64,000 nucleotides of DNA. Source: Chlorokybus atmophyticus (lineage: Eukaryota > Plantae > Mesostigma and Chlorokybus algae). Every line of letters begins with the position of its first letter. Position 1 is the stretch's first letter. Below the pieces are notes generated by a model, which did no database searches, had not been told where the DNA came from, and saw nothing but the letters and a program-made list of their open reading frames with translations. This document shows, piece by piece, positions 47,867-61,203 of the stretch. The stretch spans positions 173,356 to 237,355 of the forward strand of contig RHPI01003116.1 of NCBI GenBank assembly GCA_009103225.1, read 5' to 3'. The translations under genes and the position numbers were made by a program.

Positions 47867-49892
47867 ATGGCAGCGGCGGCTTCAGCGCCGTCGTCGTCGA
47901 CGCCGTCCACGTCCTCAGCGTCCCACATGTCAGCCACGGGTCCAGCTGAAGTAGGCGGGCTGGCACCGCCGCCCTCGGGCCAGGAGTTCTGCGTGCTCAA
48001 TGGCGCCGGGGCGGCGGCCACCGGCGCCTTCATGGGCGGCGTTATCGGCATGGGTGAGCATGTGGCTGACCTCTCTTGTTTTGTTCCCGGTATCATTGCT
48101 CAAAGGTGTAGCAGAAGTGACGGAAGCAACACACTGCAGTACTATCGGGACACGGCTTCCCGCAAGGTCGCATTTAGGGTTTGCTGGTACATGCGTCTTC
48201 AGGCTTCATGCTTGCAAGACGTTAACGACTTGCAATTACAACAAGCTTTACAGCACAGCACATGCTGTTAGTGTCTAACAATGTGAAGACTAACATGATG
48301 TGGTCACTGCATGTTTGCGCGCTCATGCATGTTGAAGCTCTCTTGCGCTTGTTCTTGCAGTGCTAAGTTGATTGAAATACACCTTCAATTGCGCAGCACT
48401 TATGATGGACAAACTGATTGAAACGCGCACACTCGCATTGGGTCAAGTACGAAGTGTGGCACAATCATATATACTTTACACGTGCAAAGTGAGAGGGTTG
48501 TTACAATTGCAAGCGACCACATGCATCTTAATTCTTACTAGCATACTGTATGTTGTGTGTCATCAAAGTGCAGCGCACAAACAGTCAATACCAATCTCTG
48601 AGTGTCCATGCCATTGTGTCTTCGTATATGCACGCGTTGCTGCGACATAGTTGCTGCAAGGGACTGTGTAGCTGCTGGGTTGCTTTGAACTTTCTGGCTC
48701 TATGTGTTGGTAGGCTCGGGAATGTGGAAGACGTCTTTCAAGAATGGAGTGGGGACGATGTTGAAGGGCGGATGGGTTGAGGCAGGCAACTCCGCAAAGG
48801 TGATAACTTGACATCACTTACTTATGCGCTGTACAGACATGTGATTTCTAATACAAAACTCTGTCGGTCATATTCACACTCTCGTTGCCATCAGACTTTT
48901 GCACTCATGGGCGGGCTTTACAGCGCGGTTGTGTGCTATATGAAGAAGTTTAGGAACGCAGAGGATGGTGAGTTTATGCCTGTTGCAGGGTTTTGCATGC
49001 ATCATCTACTGCGTGTTGAGCTGTGTACCGGTCGTCACGCACTTGTGTTTATGTTACAGCTCTCAACAGCGGAGTCGCGGGATGTGCCACTGGTTTGGCC
49101 CTCAGTTGGAGTGGTACGTTGAAGCATGCTGCATGTCACTCATACAAAAGCGTGACGTGTTGGTTGACGGTCGAATTTGTTCACGCACGTGCCCNNNNNN
49201 NNNNNNNNNNNNNNNNNNNNNNNNNNNNNNNNNNNNNNNNNNNNNNNNNNNNNNNNNNNNNNNNNNNNNNNNNNNNNNNNNNNNNNNNNNNNNNNNNNNN
49301 NNNNNNNNNNNNNNNNNNNNNNNNNNNNNNNNNNNNNNNNNNNNNNNNNNNNNNNNNNNNNNNNNNNNNNNNNNNNNNNNNNNNNNNNNNNNNNNNNNNN
49401 NNNNNNNNNNNNNNNNNNNNNNNNNNNNNNNNNNNNNNNNNNNNNNNNNNNNNNNNNNNNNNNNNNNNNNNNNNNNNNNNNNNNNNNNNNNNNNNNNNNN
49501 NNNNNNNNNNNNNNNCCCCATCATGCGCATAAGCATGCACAGTCATGCTCTTTATTATCCGTGAGGACGCATGCACCACTCACACCCCTACACACACTTC
49601 TGCAGGGGGGCCTTCTGCTGCCTTGCAAGGGTGCGCGGGCTTTGGCTTGTTTTCCTGGCTGATGGATGCAATCAACCCGCCTCCTGCGCACGCGTTGGAG
49701 TTGAAACAGATGAGGCATTTGAAGCCTGGATTGCGAACACAACGGCAGAAAAAGTTGGGCTTCTGCAGGAGACAGGTCGACATCTCAACTGTCGGACAAC
49801 ATCAACATAACTGTGCAGGTCTCGGCGATGTTGTTGAGTTTTTACGCACAGGTATATCTACAATACTTGTGCGGCATCACAAGAGCACGTGA
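47867..49892 (+). CDS. Tim17/Tim22/Tim23 (PRAT) family protein, plant HP20/HP22 (TIM22-2/3)-like; 3' end uncertain; one intron holds an N gap
   Basis: CVLNGAGAAATGAFMGGVIGM|GSG...|TFALMGGLYSAVVCYMKKFRNAED|ALNSGVAGCATGLALSWS|GGPSAALQGCAGFGLFSWLMDAIN. Confidence 0.85.
49195..49515. other. Assembly gap (N run) inside an intron
   Basis: N run. Confidence 0.97.
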
Positions 49893-51417
49893 CAGTTGTG
49901 ATTGAGGCGTGTTGTTTGAGAGGATGGGAACAGTTTTGTGTTGAGTTAAGTCCTTCACTTGTACAGTATGCATCAGGGCCTTGTACGATGACGGGTCAAG
50001 TCTTTTCTAGATTGTACAAAGTATGCAGTGCAGGTATGTGTGCATGTTGCGTAATGCATTGTAGGTATGGAGGTGACGGTGCTCTGCATATGTATCAACA
50101 ACATGCACAGCGTTGTGGATTCATGCAGCAGGTGGTGATGTCAGACACAACTTGCGCATGGTCTCAAGCACATCGTCTTATGTTACTCATAGCAAACACA
50201 ATGATGAACATTCAATTGACTACCAATTACATGTCTTAGAGATGACCTGCGCAAGCCCTCCGTGCACACTCGCGTCTATGGTCAGTCTTACATCCTCCAT
50301 TATCAATGACATACAAGCGTTCCATGTCTAGTGCTGCCATACGTAGCGGCTACCATGCCCAACCAGACACAACCAACATACAACCCTACACACACAGGTG
50401 GCGCTGGTGCAGGTAACCATGACTGCAACGTGTGCATGCATGACTAACATCGGGCGTAGATGTCGGTATATAGGAGTACGTAGCTTGGTGTGACGCTGTC
50501 GCTGATCTATGTGAAAAAAATATAGGAGTAGAGTAGGTAGCACAATGGTCGTGTATATAGCAACGAGGTGAGTTTGTTCTGCAGATGATTGCATGCATGG
50601 TGTGGTCTGAATGAGCATACCCCTCGCATTTTCTGTACACCCTGTCATGCTAAGCAAGCGCCGCGTCTGCCTCAATGGTTGGAGGGCCTTAAGCCACAGA
50701 ACCCCATCCCCGCATCGCGGTCTTGCACGGTTGCGCAGATATGCAGATGTGCCAACTCGCGAGATCCCGTGCGAGAAGGCTGATAAACCTGTGCATGCAC
50801 ATGCGCATGCACAATCACTCATGCACAGCAGAACTTTTCAAGCTGTAGCACTCCACAACCTTGCCTGCTGATTGAGGGTTGTTAGTGCCTGGGATGGCAA
50901 CAACCTGCTGCAAGGACCCAGGTTGAAAAGATTCAGCTGCTGCCCACAACATGGAACTCTGAGTGCTTGTTGCGACTATGACTCCGTTGTGCCCATTGTC
51001 TTCTCGTACAGACCAATCAGGCAGCATGTGCTCGCGGCAAACACTGCCTGGATGGATCATCACATATGAGTCATAACCTCTTTTGTACAACCAAGGGACA
51101 CCAGCGCACACAATTAGACTGACTTGCCTAGTCCAGCAACATTCTTTCAGCAGGCTTCTGGTGCTGACAGCTTTGTGACAACACACGTGTCCACCAGCAT
51201 GCACATTGCTGGTGAATGGGATGTAGGTAAAGATGCTTTTCACCCAACAATACGCCCTGCCTGTTGTTTGAGTCAGGGCTGCCCTTGACATCCCTTGACT
51301 TGAATGCACGCAATGATGCACGCAAAGCCACCATGCATACAAGCAGTGCCCCGCATGCAAGGCCAGCACAAGCACCAGACAAGTCACTCCCGAGCTCAAC
51401 ACGCAATATCATACACC

Positions 51418-53961
51418 TTAAGACTCTGACTGGAAGTAAGACAGCAATGACATCACTGTTGTTATGTTGCCAGCAGTCCCTGTGATGGCAGCGTGTTCCT
51501 GTACCACAGAAGATGTCATGCTTGCAACACACATTCGTGATGATCTGAGGGTAACTGAACAGTAGTCATAAAATATAGTAAAAGACACACTCTTACCTGT
51601 ACATGAAGAAGGCGTGGAAGAAACCGCTGCAATACTTGTATTGTCCCTCCATCTGCGTCAACATGCAGCTCAGGCTCTACTTGCCGCACGATAGCCGAAG
51701 TGCCAACGTCCGTCTCACAGAACAAAACCTGCACATTCAACAGATGTCAATATAGCTTTTGGTTGCGCACATGTGAACGACACCCATGCATGCAGTTGCA
51801 TGCGTTCACGCATGCTTCAAGGCGCGGCACGCACACACGCTGATACTGACGACTGTATGTATACATACCCACGCATACGCTTTTCAGTTGTGTGCTACGA
51901 TATTCTACAAACAAGCAAGGATAACTTTCACGGTCTGCAGCATGCAGACCGTGAAAGCAGACAGCTCCTGATTAATAGATACCCTGCCACCGTTCTTTCA
52001 TATACCTGAAAGCATGAAGGACTTAACAGACAAAGCATGTCCAAACCTTGTAGCGATTTATCCTGCCCTCTCCCAGCACGCCCGCGTCATCCAGCGCATT
52101 CATAACGGCCTCCTCACTTGTGTCGTCATCAACCCGTGTAATTAGGTACACGTCCGCAGTGGCCGCCAGGTCCCGCAGCAGGTCCGCGAGGCCGGGCCTC
52201 AACTCCACCCGGGACTGTGTTGTAACAAGCTGCAGTTGAGTATGTTCACAACAACATCGCAATACAACATAAGAACACAGAACTTCTGTATTGAGAAAAT
52301 CTGTTCAACTATATGTAAAAAGACGCACGCACCATGCATACGACATGGATTGATAGACAGGCTCACTAACATACGGATAGCTGCACTGAACGTCTGCAAC
52401 CTGAATGCTGCAACATATGCTGACCAGCAGTGGCATACCTATGCCAACAACTCAAATGCAGGCGCATCAACTTGCATGCGCACAATGTAATGACGTCCTT
52501 CCATACACTGCACGCTTGGTAGCAAGCCAATAAAGCTTTGCAACACCATGATACAACCTCTACTTGACAAGGCTCTTGTTCAAGAGCATCAGCGGCAACG
52601 CAACAATTCAACGCTCTCACCTTCAAGGCTTGCGGCGTGCTCTGCTTGAAGACAACACCAAGTGTAGCGCAAGTGAGCCTGCGCACGCCGTTCAGCCTTT
52701 TCTTGACTGCCTGTCGCGTTGCGGAATTGTCGGCGGCTTCACTTGATTGCTGGTGCTGCTGCTCAAGCTGCTGCCTGCGCACGTGCAGCCCTGCTGCTGA
52801 AAGGCTGCGTGAAGGCCACACATGAGGCACAGTCAGAGTGCTGACAGATTAGTTGCTGAGACCAAAGTACCAACAAATATACCACTGTACACTGTATGGT
52901 TGACAGTATCAGCAACATGCGGTTGTGTGTGATATTTTGGTCCCAGCAGTGGGTCTGCAGTTGCATTGTTAAGAACGACATACTGTTAACATGCATACGG
53001 TGATCAGTGATATTCACCCTAGCGTACGTTACGCTAAGACATTATTGTACAACGGTCATCCAAGATCGTGAAGTACAGTGCATCACATCCATGTGATGCT
53101 TAGCGATCATGCACTACACGGAAACATGTTGAGCTGTACACCAAGAGCTGTACCAGATCACACCATAACTACAATGGTATATCAACAGTAACAGCATAAC
53201 ACAATAGCAATAACATGTAGTAGTGTGGCTCAAACTACAGTGCTTACATTGCAAGGAGGGCTCCACAAACAGATACCTGCTTGGTGGCGGTTTTCGTGTC
53301 AACGGTTGGGTTGGTCGCAGCACTCGCCACGCTGCCACAATCGCAAGCGCCAGGCCGAGAGCTGTGCCCAATGAAGATGCGTGCTGCGCGTGCAAACGGT
53401 TGGGACGTTAACCACCAAAAAACCTATCCCAGGACACTGTCAAACAACCTCAACAATATTTGTCAAGTTTTATTGACCCCACAAACGCAGTTGAGCCAGC
53501 AACACTGCATTGTCTACATGCGCACGAGCTAGGAGCGGATGCAGAAAATAATTATGAGTCAAAAGCACAAAGTGGCCAATACAAGAGATGGAGTTAAAAG
53601 ACAAGCAACAAGCCACGCAGCCATACAAGCGTCTGACTACTGTGACGAGTTGACAGCTACCTTGGTTCAGCACTCCGTCTTGTCTGTTTGGTTGTTTGTG
53701 CATTTGTATGTTCGTCTGTTCGTTTGCCTTAATCAATCGGTCGTTTAACTTGTTGGTTGAAATTGTCGTTGTAGACACTCAGGCACAGCCCACCCGAACA
53801 ACGCCCCAAGTAAGCCCAAAACCCCAACCACGCAAAGCTCAAAGCAAAGCACAGCAAGGAAAGCCACACACCTTGAAGGAGCGCAGAAGTGATAGCCACG
53901 CCGCGGCTTTGAGCGCCAGCTGGGCCACAGCGTCCCGGGCGCTCTCCACCAGCCTTTCCAT
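51418..53961 (-). CDS. PEX22: Peroxisome biogenesis protein 22 (PEX4 membrane anchor)
   Basis: MERLVESARDAVAQLALK...|HASSLGTALGLALAIVAAWRVLR (TM)|RQAVKKRLNGVRRLTCATLGV|...DVYLITRVDDDTSEEAVMNAL...|VLFCETDVGTSAIVRQVEPELHVD...RFLPRLLHVQ|EHAAITGTAGNITTVMSLLSYFQSES*. Confidence 0.88.
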
Positions 53962-54632
53962 ACTCAACGTTTGCTGCTTTCACAGCTTTGGTTTGCTGCT
54001 TTTGCTCCAATTCACTGCTGTGCTAAGATAAGGTCAGCTAAGGTAAACTAAACTAAGCCTTGGCAAGCTATGCTAGCTGAGTTTAGAGCTAAGCTCAGCT
54101 AACCTTTTCTCACGAACAAAAAAGCATGGCCAGGCTTGGCTGCTGTATGTGTGACGGAGCAGAGCAGGCCAGCACTTTACCCACGGCGACGTGCGTCCTG
54201 CAACCAAGCTGCGTGACTGAGTAAACAACTTGCGCACAAACACCAGCTCCGCCACCGCCGCCGCCAACTATGACCACAAGCAGCACATGTTTGTGTATAA
54301 GAATGACCAGTGCCCGTGTGCAACCACCTCATACAAGCATAGTATGCTACTTTCAGACCTCACTTCCTTGGTTGTAAGCGTGGTGCACTGCTTTTCCCGC
54401 CAAAAACAGTGGCTAGCTGAGGCGACGGAGAAGGCGGCGGAAGAGGTGGCGGCGGTGCTGCAGGGGTGCAGACGTGTCCAGCTTGAGCTTGTCCTGCAGG
54501 ACATAGCCGATGAGTGTGATGACGACGGCAACAACCGCTGTGATGGCAGTGGTGTGAGGCTTCAAGAAGCTGCTTGGCTTGTGCACAGACAGTACAGGGA
54601 GGGTGGTCTGTCTGCTATGCTTTACTTGAGTG

Positions 54633-57600
54633 ATGGAGTTTGATGCGGTTGTAAGCAAGAGAAGGTCCTCTGTCCATCAACACCAGCAGGGTGCAGCCGC
54701 CGACTCCACCTCCTCCAGCTGCCTGACGCTCTACCAGAGCGCGCCGGATGGAGAGGTAAGCTATACGCTTGCTTGTTTCAGGAATAGCTGACCTTACTAC
54801 TTCACATGCAACGCAAATGGCACACGTCAACGATAGCAAGTCAATTTGAGGCAGTGGCTGTATTGTAGCAGGCACCACAATCTGCAGTGCTTCGTTGGTA
54901 AGCGTTTGCAATGCAGGCTGGATGCTGGCACAGTGGTAGCCGGCACTGAGTAGTGTGTATGGATGACTTGTTATGCGCTGAATCTTCTTGACGAGGTTAG
55001 TTTCTGTGCAGGTTGCGCTTGAAGAGTTTGAGCGGTTTGCGCTCGATCGCTTGCGGGGTAATGCATGCTGAAGCTCCGCATGCTATATGTGTCATGCATC
55101 TGCACATTGTATGTGCACAACACAAGCACTCAAGATCTTGTATTGCGCAGTCTTAAAGGGTATTGAGGATACCAGGGCCAAGGGGACCAAGGGCAAAGAT
55201 TTGGGTTCTGTCATATTAGACCTCGCCAAGAAGCACTTGCAGGCCGCGACGCCAGATGACACTGCTCGCAAGGACATTATATCGCATTTTGTGCTGCGAT
55301 TAGCCTACTGCCGCAGGTAAAACTTGCAATAAAATAGTTTTTGCGTTTACAATATCACACCATTCAAATGCACACTCGCTTACGCGCACACCCACATGCA
55401 CGCAAACACGCACTGGCATAACTTGCGCATATGATTGTTAGCCGTCAATGCAAACAGTGAGGAGTTGAGGCGTTGGTTTCTTGCGCAAGAGAGCGCGCTG
55501 TTCAAAACACGATTCCAAGCCGAGCCACCTGCCAAGCAGGTCGGGCTTGATGATATGATTGATGACTCCCTTCCCTCTCTGGATGGCTGCCAGATTGCAC
55601 AGACAAAGCTATGCTCATACTTGCATCGCTGTCAACGTTCAGTTGCGCTTCCTGGAGGACAACGGCTTCCTTTACGAGTCGCCAACCGCCAAAGAGTATG
55701 AGGCAAGCCCCTATGATGGCCATTTCAATATCGCCATACCACTTGAGTAAACATTCAACTCAAGTGCTGATCAGTGACACTCCGCAAGCAGGAGATTGCG
55801 GAGGACTTGAAAACTGTGGCGAGGGCACAAAAGGACAAAGACTTCAACCAATTGGGTATGCGGATAACGTGAAGCACTTGTCAGCTGTCGTAGGGCGCTG
55901 GAAAGATTAAACCAACGCATTTTCATTTAACATGCACAGGGCTGGCTGATCCAGGGAGGCAGCATTACTTGAAGGTGACAAGAGCATAATTCAATATACG
56001 TGTTGCTTACCTTCGGCTGCTAGTTGAAAGCAGTGTTGGTACATTGTTCATCACTTTTGTTGCTTTACTTTCTCTATGCGCTTGTCCAACACGCATACTG
56101 GCATTTATGCATTGTAACTGTGCCACCCGTAAGCTTCCTCAAGCGTGTGCGTAGTAGCAAAAACTGTAGCAGCATCTATCTGCGTCCATTGTCAAACTTG
56201 CTTACTACAACAGTGTGCTTGTAGGTTCCTTTTCAAGAGGTGCCGGAACTTGTTGCCGGGCGACGCGTCCTGTTGAAAAAGGGGTTTGCGTATGTGCCAC
56301 ATGACCAGGTAGTACATTCGCCCGTTCTGCACGCACGCCAATTGCAATCCCGCTGCGTGTCCTAACAACCTGCGCTTATCATCGGCATTTTCAGCTCGCA
56401 GCACAGATTGTTGGGCATCTCAGAACGCGGCTGTCCAAAGCTCTGGCATTGACATACAGGTTTGTTGAATAACAAACACGCACACACTCTCTCTTACGTG
56501 CATACACGGGCACATGCACACACCCTAACCGCACGCACTAGGAAGTCACACTGGGCTTGTTACACACACAAGCAACTCATGCAGGCATTGGACCGCGAAG
56601 GTTGCTCCCGAAGAGCGCGAACGCTTGACTCCCGTAAGTGGTTGAGCAGCTTGCAGTCCCGTATAGACTGTCGTCCTCCAACCTGCCTTGTGGCTGTGCA
56701 AGTACTACCCTCCAATGACACACACACATCTGCATGCCTGTATCATGGTAACAATGCAAACACTGTCAGGTTGTTGAGGCCCTCAGCGCGCGATATCTCG
56801 GCGCAGACTACTCCCAAGCCAGGTCGGGCAACGGTGCGCAGTCCGTATCTTTGCGGGAGCTGGACACGCTCGCCAAGGAGTCTTTCCCACTTTGCATGCG
56901 GCATCTGCACAACAAGGCAAGCACATGCATGTGCGTATACACGCGCGTATGCGTTCATGCATGGTTGTGCGTGGGCGTGGGCGTGTGCATCATGGACTTG
57001 ATGTAATAGGCATCAATGCTCAATGCCTGCTGCAGCATTGGCCTTTATGTTGGTGTGTTGGGACAGGTGAAGGAGGAACACCACCTCAAGCACGGTGGGC
57101 GCATGCAGTTGGGGCTTTTCCTCAAGGTATATACGCCATTGCGCTTGACATGACAATGCGGGCCTTCTATATGTAATATATGATACAGCTTTTCGTGCTC
57201 CAACAACTGTCATAGTCGCAACACACGTGATAGGCTGTTGAAGAGAATGTGTGCGATTGGTATGTGCGAGTGTGAGCAAGAGTGGTGCTGTTTTTATCTT
57301 GCATGCAGGGCATTGGACTCAGTCTAGAGGACGCCATTTCTTTCTGGCGGGAGGAGTTCACGAAAAAGGTTTCGGGCGAGAAGTTCCAGAAGGAATACAT
57401 GTATGGCATCCGCCACAACTATGGCAAAGAGGGCAAGCGCGCGGTGCGTACACATCAACACACTTGCAGTAATGTTGGAGTATCATAGTTTATGTCATTC
57501 CACGCAACACACCTATGCTCCACCCAAACAATGTATTGACACCCCGTTGCCAGGATTATACACCCTACACATGCATGAAGATCATCAATGCATCGCCTGC

Positions 57601-58253
57601 AGCGGGCGATCACCATGGATGTCCATATCGTCACTTCAGGTGTGGACTTAACGTTGTATTACCATGACTACTTGTGTGGTTGCTGACACTGCTTGTGTGG
57701 TATGTTGCAGTGCGGACAACCTGCGAGCTGCATTGCGAACCATGCGCCTCTCTGCTGGTGTTGTTGATGGTGTGATGGACAAGGCCAAGAATCACCACTA
57801 TCAGGTCTGCTATCAGTTGTTATTAGTTGTTGCTTTTCTGCACTCTGCATTGGAACTGTCCTGCGCAAAGTCCACATGCATCGGTGGGATGGATGTGCTT
57901 ACGTGTTGTGCTGCCGCTACAGTTGGCATGCGCAAGCGCGTTTGAGGGCATGCACAACTGCGAGTGCGAGACCGGCATAAACCATCCCAATCAGTACTTT
58001 GAAGAGAGCCGAAAGGTTTTGGCTCCCGTAAGTGGCAGCACAATAACATATCATTATGGCACGTCTCAATTAGCTCAATGACCCTGTAACCTAGTTAGAT
58101 GGTACAGGTCTTGGCATTGTTCCTTGCTGCAAAGAGTTGGGAATCAATTGTGGCCCTTTGTGTCTGCAGGTGGAGTCTGCTCAAGCATTGCCTGAAGCTC
58201 CCGCAGCTTCCACCCTCACCGGTTCTGCTGGTACTGAGACGCAAGCGGCCTAG
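54633..58253 (+). CDS. PRIM2: DNA primase large subunit (Fe-S)
   Basis: LYQSAPDGE|[15 protein letters not shown]; [15 protein letters not shown]; [11 protein letters not shown]|[20 protein letters not shown]|GIGLSLE; [13 protein letters not shown]; [10 protein letters not shown]; HGCPYRHF; HYQ|LAC; [10 protein letters not shown]. All four Fe-S cysteines are present. Confidence 0.96.
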
Positions 58254-59183
58254 TGTGTGTATGTTGGGTTGCCACCATCCTGCACCCGCGCACAACAAGT
58301 TCAACGGCTTCATTGGCTTCATTCGCTGCCACGCGATGGTGTAGATCGTTACATGTATAGATATGCTGATGAGGACATTGCTTGTCCTTTGCATCTTGGC
58401 AACATCGCGTGTCATTGATACTGTTTATCGTGTTCATGTTCTCTTACAACATGACCATCGGTCGCACGCGATATTGATTGATGGGTCAGCCATTCTTCAC
58501 TGAACCATACTGCATGCATGCATGTGTGTGTCACGAGGTAAGGGCGTTAGTGAAGGTACGTAAGTAGATAGCAACCAACCCGGTGGTGAATGTGAGTGTG
58601 ATGGTGTAGTGTGCTGATTGTGCTGATTGTTGGCATGTGTATGACACGCTCATGCATGATACAATCCCTGCATCCGATATGTTGTACTCCTGTATGTGCT
58701 CTGCAGATAGCGTGAGATAGTGGCCGGGACGCTAGAGAACACATGTCCATTTGCGTATTTCAGTATCCCTCCTTTACAGATGGACTTGTTCACCGCAGGT
58801 ACCATCATGTATACAAACAATGCATAGCGGAATACTCATATACACTGCTCACTACTGCCATCCAGTTCCCAGATTTGCATTCAGTGTGGCGGCTTACAGC
58901 AACGCAACAAACAGCTCCCATTCACGGGTAAGTTAATCATCCCTGACATTGGTGCACCTATGCAAGCCATACATAGCAGCTCAGCGACTATGCTTGCAAA
59001 ACACCTTGCGCGTGCAGCTACTACTGAGCCATGTGAACAACCAGGAACGCCACCTATATGCAGCTAACCTACCTTCAAGTGGTGCAATGTAACTGGTAAC
59101 AATATACTGCAGTATGTACACACGCGCTGTCTTTAGTCTCAGGCGTCCCTTATGTACTATAAATGACGTCTGTGCAAGGTGCT

Positions 59184-61203
59184 TTACATGATGTTCTCTC
59201 GGCCAACCACTCCTAGAGGGTTGACCACGAAGTCCACGGCTATCGGCATGCTGTCGGAGATTGGCAGGACTTGCTTGCGTAAGATCTGGACGAATAATGT
59301 ATGTGTCAAACAACATGCTCCTGCTCTTCTGCAACCATGCCGCCAGCATCCAGTCATTTGATCGCTTGAAAAAACCAACAACAGCACACATACCGTGCGA
59401 TGTTCTGGATGTCTCGCGTACGTGTGTAGATGCTCCTCTGCAAAGCACACATTCCACTCAACACTCTGATCGTATTTTTAAGGGCCCTTACGACAGCTTT
59501 GCTCTGTTTTGTTCTTTATTCATTAACTTTTATTCATTGACTACTGGTATTAACTTATATCCACTCACCACTCGGACATCGTGCGACCAGCCCATGCGTG
59601 TATCCCTTACTTCGGGTAGAAAAGTTTGCACCTGGCACGCACACACAACAGTTGAGACATGCAACGACATGCACACAAAACGGACAGAGACAGACACGAC
59701 CAATACAGACACACCTGCAGTAATCTGCAGAACAGACTCTCCAATAACTTGCGGAAGAGATTGCAGCCGTTCCAACATTGTAGCCTCTTGTTCCGACGTC
59801 GTGCCCTCTTTTACTTTGAGCAACACAAGGTGCTCCACACCTTGATCCCAATCCTGTGCGTGGCATGCAATAGAGCATCATACAACTGTACAAAATATTG
59901 CTGGGACGAGACACCCATGAACATGGATAGAGCACAGCACAATCGCATGTAACGTACTGCACTTACATCGCCTCGTCGGAAGACTGTATTAATGTCGTTG
60001 TCGACCTCAGCTTGAAAATCGATTGCAAGAGTGTCCTGTCATCAGCAGCACACGACAATATATACATACGCAAGTTGAAACCTTCTGCTGCTTTTTGACA
60101 TGCTACAAGATGTACCTGTACAAAGGGCTTGACATATGTCTCTACGCAAGAAAGATGTGCGGGGTGCACAAGGTACCGATCCAGCGCGGCCATGTCAGGA
60201 AACCGCACGTACAGTGCATGCGTGTACCCACCCGACTGTGCAGGCGAATTTACATTCGCTCCCACCGATATTGCCAACACCGACGGACACATGTATCTAC
60301 ATGACAACGAGCACAGGCTGATGGACAATGCACCATGCATTGTCCAAGCTTGCAAGAAGTAAGGCAACACACATCATGTCCAGAAGAAGTGCATATGTAA
60401 GCATGTGAGCACGTGCACATATGCACAAAGTGACTAAGCATGCGTATCGGGGTATATGTGCGTCTCGCCCTGCATGAGCATGCACACACACAAGAGAGTG
60501 CGCACTCGGGCATGAGAATGCGCGCGAACGTGTTTACATGTAAGTGTACATACATGCAATTGCCTGCATGCACTTGAAGCAGAGGAGAGGCAGCGTGCAT
60601 GCGTTTCTTGAATTTCATTGTTGTGTGTGGTATCAGTGTGTGGAAGGGTGAGGGAGGATTTGTACTGTGAGCAGCTTTCCTTCACAACATTCTCATCAGA
60701 ATCCAACTTGCTTACTGCAAAGTGTAGAGGTTGTCGAGCATGTCAGTCTCTGCCCTGTCGTCGAAGTCCTCCCCCATCTTGAACAGGACGACGTGTTCTA
60801 CCACTCTAGTCTTGGTGGAGGACGCCATGCACTTCGTGCCGACAGGAAAAACCCTAACCCTTATCCCAACACGTGACCCTCCGCTCAAAGGCTGCACACT
60901 GCTTATCACAGTGTAATATGGTGAGCGCGAACATCACAAACCAGCTCAAAACTTCAAGACTTGAAACAATGCTTGCTGCAACCAGGACAAACATGATGTA
61001 TAAAATGATATACAAGCAGCAGTGCTGAAACCCTACAGCAAGACACTGGGCCCATCCAGCGGAATGCACCTGCGCTGCAGTTTCCGCCGCCCAGGCTGGC
61101 GCAGCGTGGCGAGTGACGGGCGCGTGAACGACGACGGCGACGATGACGACGATGGAGACGATGCCGTCGTCGGCAACGTGGCAGCCATGGCCGCCGCCGC
61201 CAT
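59184..61203 (-). CDS. Stress-response A/B barrel (Dabb) protein with two domains and a transit-peptide-like N-terminus (UP3-like)
   Basis: Ser/Ala/Arg-rich N-terminus; VVEHVVLFK...|...GYTHALYVRFPDMAALDRYLVHPAH...; EHLVLLKVK...|GANFSTRSKGYTHGLVAR...|LHTYARHPEH...IAVDFVV. Confidence 0.88.

Noticed and set aside
49620-49892. SAM domain (HP30-type) after the Tim17 domain
   Set aside because: No SAM-like sequence is present, and the core matches the HP20/HP22 type.
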